From Candidatus Micrarchaeota archaeon (lineage in GTDB: Archaea; Micrarchaeota; Micrarchaeia; Micrarchaeales; CABMGC01): 64,000 nt of DNA. The notes beneath the pieces were generated by a model that saw nothing but the letters and a program-made list of their open reading frames with translations, was not told the origin of the DNA and made no database searches. The position numbers were made by a program, and so were the translations under genes. Numbering within the stretch: position 1 is the stretch's first letter; each line of letters begins with the position of its first letter. Location of the stretch: the NCBI GenBank assembly GCA_027371545.1, contig DAHXMW010000001.1:9378-73377 (forward strand), in the 5' to 3' direction. Of the stretch, positions 56,858 through 64,000 are shown piece after piece.

Positions 56858-57508
56858 ATGAGTGTGCGCATAATTGCAGATAACAGGGAAAGATCCGAGA
56901 ACATCTTGGAAACTCTCGTATCCATGGATTCTTTAGTAGAGATCTTGCAGTTGCCCGTAGGGGATTATGTCCTCTCCGACAGGATATGTGTGGAAAGAAA
57001 GAGCGCACCAGACTTCGAAAACTCAATAATAGACGGCAGGCTCTTCGAACAGGCAAAACGCCTTTCAGAAGGGTTCGAGCGGCCCATAATGATAATAGAA
57101 GCATCCGAGCAGCAGCCGCGTATAAGAAGGAATGCACTGATATCTGCGGTACTTAAGCTCTATACCACATACGGCATACAAGTAATATTTACAGAGAGCG
57201 ATGAGGATACTGCATTCACGCTGCACAAGATAGCTGAATTTGAGCAGGAAGAGAACAAAAGGCAGCCTGTGATAAGGGGACAGCGCAGGAAGCGCACCGA
57301 TTACGACATACAGCTGAGCATCCTGAGTTCCATACCGGGCATAGGCGAGAAGCTTGCTTCGTGCCTCCTCTCAAATTTTGGCAGCGTAAAGAACGTCATG
57401 ATGGCAGATACAAAAGAGCTGCAGAAGGTCAATAAGATAGGCAGAAAGAAGGCAGAAGCCATATACCATTCCCTGAATGGCGCGCCTGATAATGGGGCAT
57501 CCCAATGA
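56858..57508 (+). CDS. xpf: ERCC4/XPF structure-specific endonuclease (nuclease + HhH2, no helicase)
   Basis: D.RE, GDY, VERKS..DF..S..DGRL..Q; IPGIG and V.KIG HhH motifs. Confidence 0.9.
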   Translation: MSVRIIADNRERSENILETLVSMDSLVEILQLPVGDYVLSDRICVERKSAPDFENSIIDGRLFEQAKRLSEGFERPIMIIEASEQQPRIRRNALISAVLKLYTTYGIQVIFTESDEDTAFTLHKIAEFEQEENKRQPVIRGQRRKRTDYDIQLSILSSIPGIGEKLASCLLSNFGSVKNVMMADTKELQKVNKIGRKKAEAIYHSLNGAPDNGASQ

Positions 57509-58137
57509 AACTTATCGAGAGAATATTCAACGGCGGGGAGCAGGGCATAATAAAGAAGAGCAAAGTAATAGCCGAACACGCCAAAAAGGCCAACGCGCTA
57601 ATGCTTCAGGTAATCTCTGGCAGCAGGGACATATCCGGAATAAGGCGGCTCGAGCGGCTCTCCGATTCTGAACTGTTCAACCTTACCAATTCCGTAACAT
57701 CTGGTTCAATAGCACCAAATCTTATAGATGACGTAATAAGGTTCCTGAATACGGAGGACGACATAGTTGACAATATATTCAACCTATCAAGGGCTGTCAT
57801 ACGCTACGATGGCGGCTCACCTGCAATGAGGAAGTACCTAGGTTCAAATCTCAGCAAGTTCAATCTATTCACGGACAGAGCTCTCGGGCTTCTCATAGAG
57901 ATGCATTCCGCGGAGAGAATATCAGAGATGCGAAAATTCAGGACCGAGATAGAAAAATACGAGAGGAAAGTAGATGACGTAAAGGACGCGATGCTGAATT
58001 ATGCATATGCTGCCAAGCTCAACTACAAGCAGTTCGCGCACACAACCGACATAGCATATCTTGGGGATAACATACTCGACAGCTGCGAAGATTCCGCTGA
58101 CAGGCTGCTGGGAATAATGCTCTCGATAGCCACATGA
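57505..58137 (+). CDS. DUF47/PhoU-like phosphate transport regulator
   Basis: LE...D, D.I.D repeated in both halves; adjacent to a PiT gene. Confidence 0.8.
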   Translation: MKLIERIFNGGEQGIIKKSKVIAEHAKKANALMLQVISGSRDISGIRRLERLSDSELFNLTNSVTSGSIAPNLIDDVIRFLNTEDDIVDNIFNLSRAVIRYDGGSPAMRKYLGSNLSKFNLFTDRALGLLIEMHSAERISEMRKFRTEIEKYERKVDDVKDAMLNYAYAAKLNYKQFAHTTDIAYLGDNILDSCEDSADRLLGIMLSIAT

Positions 58138-58147
58138 GCGTGATGGG

Positions 58148-59062
58148 TTGATAGGTGCGTTAACATATGTCATGGCCCTCTTCCTCATAGCCCTCGTCTC
58201 AGGGAACAACCTCACTGCGTGCTCCGGTTCAATAATAGCAGGAAGGATCGTGGGAAAGAAGACGGGGATAATCCTTACAATAGCAGGATACTCAATAGGT
58301 TTCCTCCTGCAAGGAAGCCTACTCAGCACAGGCATAAACGCAATACTGCCTGTAAGATCGGACCAGAGCATACTTCTTGCACTCAGCATCGCAACCCTGA
58401 TATTCCTGATAGCCCATCGCTTCAGGGTACCGCAATCGCTCTCGATAACCCTCTCCATGACTGCCCTTGGCATAAGCACCGCATTAGGCCTTGCCGTAGA
58501 CTGGAGTTTTATAGCATACATGATTGCCTTCTGGATAGCCGCTGCCCTCATGTGCGCAGTTTTCGCATTTGCAACAATGCGTGCAACAAGAGGCTTCATG
58601 TCAAAGGTAAAGATATGGAAGGCGTTGTCCTCGGTCAAAGCGCTTCTTATACTTATCTCATTCTTTACTGCGTTTACTCTCGGTGCGAATACAATAGGGT
58701 TCCTGTACGTCTCACTTCCAGGCAGAGTGCCAGAGTTTATGATAATAGCCGCAATAGTATTCGGCTCTTTCGTCTTCAGCGCAGGAGAGATTAAAAGAGT
58801 AGGCAGCGATATACTCCCATTAAGGTACCTGAATGCCCTGGTCTCGCAATCGATATCAGTACTCCTGGTCGAGGCCGCAACTCTCTCCAGCGTGCCCCTG
58901 TCCAATACGCAGACGTTCATAGCAAGTCTATATGGATCTGCCGTGAGCTACAGGACGCGAATAATACGCAAGCGCCCGGCTGAGACAATACTATTTACCT
59001 GGATTGTAACTTCTCTGGTAAGCTTCAGCGCAGGCTTCCTCCTTACGAAGATACTCCTATAA
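58148..59062 (+). CDS. Inorganic phosphate transporter, PiT family
   Basis: GNN / GAN signatures, P.S.S and P.S.TQ repeats. Confidence 0.8.
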   Translation: MIGALTYVMALFLIALVSGNNLTACSGSIIAGRIVGKKTGIILTIAGYSIGFLLQGSLLSTGINAILPVRSDQSILLALSIATLIFLIAHRFRVPQSLSITLSMTALGISTALGLAVDWSFIAYMIAFWIAAALMCAVFAFATMRATRGFMSKVKIWKALSSVKALLILISFFTAFTLGANTIGFLYVSLPGRVPEFMIIAAIVFGSFVFSAGEIKRVGSDILPLRYLNALVSQSISVLLVEAATLSSVPLSNTQTFIASLYGSAVSYRTRIIRKRPAETILFTWIVTSLVSFSAGFLLTKILL

Positions 59063-59150
59063 TATAAAGATGCGCTGGACTCTTGCGAAATCAGTTTATT
59101 ATTCTTTTCATGCCAATCTGTATTACAAGCACTTCACGAGGCAAGTTTAA

Positions 59151-59897
59151 ATGAACATACAGTCAAAGATACTATTCTACATAATAGCAGTTCTAGGCGT
59201 GCTACTCTTCGGCACTGTGGGAACCTACATAATAGGTTCGCACGGCGGCTTTAGCGTAAATGTCAATTCTCCGCTTACCGCTCTTTACTTTACCATTGTT
59301 ACACTCTCTACTGTGGGATATGGTGACATAGTTCCAGTCTCCACAGCCGCAAGAATATTTGTCATAATATTGATAGTCTCGGGTTTGACTATATTCCTAA
59401 GTGCAATAACGTTTCTTGGAAGTGATTTCATGAATTCAAAAATAGACCAGTTATCCGGAGGAATAGCCTCTGTCGAGCGCAAGTTCCTGAGCAACCACAT
59501 AGTACTTATAGGGACAGATACTACTAACGCATCAATCGCAAAGAAGCTTAAGAAGGCAAAGCAGAAGTTCATAATAATAACTTCGGATAAGGTTGTATAC
59601 GACAAGCTCAGGGAGCATGGCTACAAGGCTTACGTGGCAGATTCGACATCAGTCCAGGACATGAAAAAATTTGAGCTTCACAGGGCAAAGGAAATAATAA
59701 TAGATCTCAAGGATAATTCCAGAACAGTATATTCAGTAATAGTTGCAAGGGACATCGCAAAGAATGTAAAATTAAGGATAATAGCGACAAACGAGGATAC
59801 CGAGAGGCACCTCAAGGAGATGGGCTACAATAACGTGATAAATCCAGCAGAGGCAATAGCAGTAGAGATAGTGGGCAGCATGGGTGTAAAGGTTTGA
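59151..59897 (+). CDS. Two-TM potassium channel with RCK (TrkA-N) domain
   Basis: ALYFTIVTLSTVGYGDIVP selectivity filter; H.V.IG RCK start. Confidence 0.93.
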   Translation: MNIQSKILFYIIAVLGVLLFGTVGTYIIGSHGGFSVNVNSPLTALYFTIVTLSTVGYGDIVPVSTAARIFVIILIVSGLTIFLSAITFLGSDFMNSKIDQLSGGIASVERKFLSNHIVLIGTDTTNASIAKKLKKAKQKFIIITSDKVVYDKLREHGYKAYVADSTSVQDMKKFELHRAKEIIIDLKDNSRTVYSVIVARDIAKNVKLRIIATNEDTERHLKEMGYNNVINPAEAIAVEIVGSMGVKV

Positions 59898-62332
59898 GCA
59901 AAATTGGAGGAGCAGGCACCAAAACCGAAAAGACCGCAGATTTTACTGAACTGTTCGCAAAGCTTAACTCCTCAGAAAACGGGATAACCGAGACAGAGGC
60001 GGATAAGCGCATACAGAAGTACGGGTACAACGAGATTATAGAGAAGAAGAAAAGTCCTATATTCCTCTTCCTTAAGAAATTCACAGGTCCGATACCGTTC
60101 ATGCTGGAAATAGTCATAGTAATAACATACCTGATAAACGACTACAAGGACCTTTACATAATAGCCGCTCTTCTAGTGTTCAACGGCATAGTTGGATTCA
60201 TTGAAGAGTACAGGGCCGACAGTTCGGTAGAGCTCCTGAAGAAAAGGCTTCAGGTAATGACCCGTGTCCTTAGGTCTGGAAAGTGGAAACGCGCTGAGGC
60301 GCGCAGCCTTGTACCAGGGGACATAATCCGCGTCAGGATAGGTGACATAGTTCCTGCGGATAGCGCTGTAATATCTGAGCAGGATCTGCACCTTGACCAA
60401 TCCATACTTACGGGGGAAGCAATGCCCGTAAAGAAGCAGGGAGGAAGCACCATATACTCAGGTTCCGTTGTCAAGGAAGGCGAGGCTCTCTGCATTGTCA
60501 CCGGCACAGGTTACAACACCTACTATGGTCATACTACAAAGCTGGTGCAGGACGCAAAGCCCAAGCTGCATTTGCAGGGAGTGATAATGGGCATAGTAAA
60601 GAACCTCATAGTTATGGATCTCGCAGTAGCGGCGATAATATTCGCATACTCATTTGTGTTTCTGCACCTCGGCATAACAGAGCTGCTTCCTTTCGTTCTT
60701 GTTATAATAATAGCATCGGTTCCTGTCGCCCTGCCCACTGCGTTTACCGTAACAATGGCCCTCGGGACGGAGAAGCTGGCAAAGAAATCCGTTCTTGTTA
60801 CCAAGCTAGAGGCGATAGAAGAAGCATCCAACATGAATGTAATATGTTTTGACAAGACAGGGACAATAACGGAGAACATGCTTCAAGTAAGGGACGTATT
60901 CTGCGCCTCAGGCGTGGCTGAGAAGGACGTTCTCCTTGCAGCTGCCCTAGCCTCGCGGGCTGAGGACAACGATCCGATTGACAACGCTGTCTTAGGCTCA
61001 GCGGCCCAGAAAGGAGTTGACATCAAGCCGTACACGCAGGAGAAGTTTATACCGTTCAAACCAGCCACTAAGATGTCAAGTGCCGATGTCCGCTACAAAT
61101 CGGGAAGCATGAGGGTTTACAAGGGCGCATATCAGGTGATAGCTGGGATTGCAAAGCAGAATCCGCACGAGGCAAAGATAATGGAAGCAAAAGTGGCTGA
61201 GTTTTCAAAGAAGCAGTTCAGGACTATAGCAGTTGCGGAATCCAAAGGTGGAAAGGCACGACTTCTGGGAATACTCGCGCTTTACGATAGGCCAAGAAAG
61301 GACGCGAAGAAAACCATCTCTGAGATACGGGCACTTGGCATAAGGGTAAAGATGCTAACAGGAGACAACGTGCACATAGCAGAAGAAATTGCAAAGGAGG
61401 TAGGGATAAACGGAAAGGTTGCTGACATAGCAAAACTGAAGAAGATGCCTCATGAGGAGATGCTAAAAGAGATAGATGACACAGAGGTGTTTGCAGAGAT
61501 ATACCCTGAAGACAAGTATACCATAGTAAAGGCGCTTCAGGAAAAAGGCTATAGGGTCGGGATGACTGGGGATGGGGTAAACGATGCCCCGGCGCTAAAA
61601 CAGGCCGAGGTCGGGATAGCCGTTGCAAATGCTACAGACGTAGCCAAGAGCGTCGCAGCGATAGTCCTTACGAAAAACGGGGTGGAGGTAATAAACGATG
61701 CAGTTGTGGAAAGCAGGAAGATATTCGAGCGGATGATGACTTATACCATGGTTAAGATAACAAGAGTGATACAGATAGTATTCTTCATAATGCTTGCGCT
61801 CTTCGTGCTCGGCACCATACCTATATTGCCATTTGAGCTTATACTGCTTATATTCACAAACGATATAGTAAACATAGCCGTTGCAACGGATCATACAATA
61901 TACTCGTCGATGCCTGATACATGGGATATAGGCAAGATCATGCGCTCCTCATTCATAATGGGCTTCATGATGCTCATCGTCTCGCTTGCATTCATACCGC
62001 TTGGCATCGTCCTAGGCCTTGGTGCTGCAGCGTTCCAGACATTTGATTTTCTTATGATAAATATAACTGACAACCTGCTCTTCTATGCCGTGCGCGGAAG
62101 GGAGAAGCTATTCGGTTTGAAGCCGACAAAGACGCTGATTATAGCATCTGCTTTTGGAATAGCATTCGGAATAACCGTATCATATTTCGGAATACTTGTA
62201 ACAGGCATAGGCACATTCGCAATAGCATTGCTTATAGTACTTGCAATAATACTTATGCTCTTATTCGATATGGTAAAGTCATTCATATTCAGGAAAGTCG
62301 TAAAGTGGCAGACGCTCACAGGAACGCGCTGA
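59894..62332 (+). CDS. P-type ATPase, plasma-membrane H+-ATPase (P3A)-like
   Basis: DQSILTGE, PVALP, CFDKTGT, KGA, MLTGD, GMTGDGVNDAPALK, TND in TM6. Confidence 0.9.
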   Translation: MSKIGGAGTKTEKTADFTELFAKLNSSENGITETEADKRIQKYGYNEIIEKKKSPIFLFLKKFTGPIPFMLEIVIVITYLINDYKDLYIIAALLVFNGIVGFIEEYRADSSVELLKKRLQVMTRVLRSGKWKRAEARSLVPGDIIRVRIGDIVPADSAVISEQDLHLDQSILTGEAMPVKKQGGSTIYSGSVVKEGEALCIVTGTGYNTYYGHTTKLVQDAKPKLHLQGVIMGIVKNLIVMDLAVAAIIFAYSFVFLHLGITELLPFVLVIIIASVPVALPTAFTVTMALGTEKLAKKSVLVTKLEAIEEASNMNVICFDKTGTITENMLQVRDVFCASGVAEKDVLLAAALASRAEDNDPIDNAVLGSAAQKGVDIKPYTQEKFIPFKPATKMSSADVRYKSGSMRVYKGAYQVIAGIAKQNPHEAKIMEAKVAEFSKKQFRTIAVAESKGGKARLLGILALYDRPRKDAKKTISEIRALGIRVKMLTGDNVHIAEEIAKEVGINGKVADIAKLKKMPHEEMLKEIDDTEVFAEIYPEDKYTIVKALQEKGYRVGMTGDGVNDAPALKQAEVGIAVANATDVAKSVAAIVLTKNGVEVINDAVVESRKIFERMMTYTMVKITRVIQIVFFIMLALFVLGTIPILPFELILLIFTNDIVNIAVATDHTIYSSMPDTWDIGKIMRSSFIMGFMMLIVSLAFIPLGIVLGLGAAAFQTFDFLMINITDNLLFYAVRGREKLFGLKPTKTLIIASAFGIAFGITVSYFGILVTGIGTFAIALLIVLAIILMLLFDMVKSFIFRKVVKWQTLTGTR

Positions 62333-62337
62333 GGCAA

Positions 62338-63366
62338 TCAGATATTCCTAAGTATGTACCTGCCTACTTCTGAACACTTGGATTCCCCGCCTACATCGTA
62401 TGTCTTTATTCCACCTTCCAGCGAAGCTGCAACTGCGCTCTCTATTCTCTCCGCAGCGCTCTCGCTTCCCATCCACTCAAACATCATCTTTGCGGAAAGT
62501 ATGGTTGCAATCGGGTTTACCTTGTCTAGTCCCGCATATTTCGGAGCAGATCCGTGGACAGGCTCGAACATTGCATATCCATCACCTATATTGGCAGAAG
62601 GCCCGACACCTATTCCGCCCACTATCATCGCCGCTTCATCGGATAATATATCCCCGAACAGGTTCTCGGTTACTATAACGTCATAAGATTCCGGGTTCTT
62701 TATGAGCCACTGTGCCATCGCATCAACATGCGCATCATCTATATGCACCTTCCTGTGTCCTGGGCCCAAGCCATATATGCTATCCTTGAAGAGCGCATCG
62801 GAGACCTTAAGTATATTGCCTTTATGCACTATTGTAAGGTGCTTTCTTCTCTTTTCCGCAAGATTGAGGGCAAATTCCCCTATCCTCAGGCTGCCCCTTC
62901 TCGTAATAACCCTCATCGCTGCGGCAGTATTCTGCGAGACCATGAAATCTATGCCGCTGTACATCCCTTCAGTATTCTCCCTCACTATAACAAGATCTAC
63001 ATTATCCTTTACAGCTGGCACGCCTTTTCTTGTCTTGCAGGGCCTTACATCAGCGTAGAGACTGAACATCTTCCTTATCTTCACGGCAGCACTAACTTCG
63101 GATCCTGCTCCTTCAGGAGTCGTCATTGGGCCCTTCATCACGCAATCGGATCTTCTAAGAAGGTCTATGGTCTTCTGCGGTAAATTGGTCCCGTACCTGC
63201 TTATGCAATTGTATCCTGCATCGCCTATGCGTATCCTTGCCGTTATCCCCGCATCTGCCGCTGCCTTCCTTATAACAGGAAGCACAACCTTCATTATCTC
63301 AGGCCCGGTTCCGTCACCAGGCAGGAACGCTATTCTCCATTCCTTCTTTGCCTTTTTGTTATCCAT
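62338..63366 (-). CDS. Isocitrate/isopropylmalate dehydrogenase family enzyme (probably IDH from context)
   Basis: PGDG.GPE, RENTEG.Y, HK.N, NLFGDILSD, EPVHGSAP; coupled to aconitase. Confidence 0.88.
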   Translation of the reverse strand: MDNKKAKKEWRIAFLPGDGTGPEIMKVVLPVIRKAAADAGITARIRIGDAGYNCISRYGTNLPQKTIDLLRRSDCVMKGPMTTPEGAGSEVSAAVKIRKMFSLYADVRPCKTRKGVPAVKDNVDLVIVRENTEGMYSGIDFMVSQNTAAAMRVITRRGSLRIGEFALNLAEKRRKHLTIVHKGNILKVSDALFKDSIYGLGPGHRKVHIDDAHVDAMAQWLIKNPESYDVIVTENLFGDILSDEAAMIVGGIGVGPSANIGDGYAMFEPVHGSAPKYAGLDKVNPIATILSAKMMFEWMGSESAAERIESAVAASLEGGIKTYDVGGESKCSEVGRYILRNI

Positions 63367-64000
63367 CTCTTTCAGCCTCCAGCACTATGCGCCTAAGAAC
63401 ATAATTGAGCACTCCGCCTACTCTGCAGTACTCTACTTCAAGCTCAGATTCAAGCCTTACCATGCCAATGAATGAAGCCTCCTTTCCGGATTTGGAGGTG
63501 TAAGAGACATTTACCTCGCCCTTCGGCTTGAGCGCATCAGATATCCCTATACTGATGGGCTTCTCCGGGTCTATCCCGAGGCTTGCAAAATCCTTGTCTG
63601 CAGGAAACTCTATTGGAACTATCCCCATACCTGCAAGGTTTGAACGATGTATTCTCTCAAAGCTCTTCGCTATAACTGCTTTCACCCCAAGGAGCGCAGG
63701 GCCCTTTGCAGCCCAGTCCCTCGAGCTTCCAGAGCCGTACTCCTTGCCTCCTATAACTACAAGTGGCACTCCTTCCTTTGCATAATTCATTGCAGCATCG
63801 TATATTGGGACTCTTGACTTGTCGGGAAAATGAAGCGTATAACCGCCCTCCTCCCCATTTAGCAAAAGATTCTTTATCCTCACGTTGGCAAAGGTCCCGC
63901 GCATCATCACCTCATGATTTCCTCGTCTGGAGCCATAAGTATTGAAATTCTTCCTCTCAACTCCGTGCTCTATCAGGTACTTTCCTGCAGGAGAGTCCTG
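63359..64000 (-). CDS. acnA: Aconitate hydratase A, C-terminal part (gene continues beyond the window)
   Basis: FN.YGSRRGNHEVMMRGTFAN, YGSGSSRDWAAKG, SFERIHRSNL. Confidence 0.96.
   Translation of the reverse strand, partial: QDSPAGKYLIEHGVERKNFNTYGSRRGNHEVMMRGTFANVRIKNLLLNGEEGGYTLHFPDKSRVPIYDAAMNYAKEGVPLVVIGGKEYGSGSSRDWAAKGPALLGVKAVIAKSFERIHRSNLAGMGIVPIEFPADKDFASLGIDPEKPISIGISDALKPKGEVNVSYTSKSGKEASFIGMVRLESELEVEYCRVGGVLNYVLRRIVLEAERDG

Noticed and set aside
1..64000. CRISPR arrays, tRNA/rRNA genes, IS elements, integrases, defence islands
   Set aside because: No regularly spaced repeats, tRNA T-loop signatures or transposase/integrase motifs seen by eye; tRNAscan-SE and Infernal runs would be needed to exclude short or split RNAs.

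Overview
Gene-dense archaeal chromosomal segment. Archaeal ribosomal proteins, TFB, histone, aRF1, LonB, TopoVI-A and AglB, with short intergenic gaps, GGTG/AGTGAT ribosome-binding motifs and many TTG starts, suggest a small-genome archaeon. My best guess is DPANN/Micrarchaeota-like and possibly acidophilic; that is inference, not a database result. Most of the window is housekeeping: a 13-gene spc-type ribosomal block (rnp1 to uS5), topA, valS, argS, argF, pyrH, repair enzymes, TCA enzymes and ion transporters. I saw no rRNA, tRNA, CRISPR array or transposase. The most unusual region is about 27.9-39.2 kb: AlkP-family enzyme, GT4, cysN, cysD, a hypothetical, an RHH regulator, a box C/D guide RNA, a divergent aglB, a glycosidase and a DUF373-PRC fusion. 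There, cysD and the RHH gene share an identical 27-bp sequence encoding the C-terminal motif MEKLRALGY. Also found outside the ORF track: uS14, an ATA-start ORF after rps8e, a candidate promoter-driven ~50-nt hairpin RNA with an anti-RBS/AUG loop, and a likely internal start in the K+ channel gene. All product calls come from motif recognition only.
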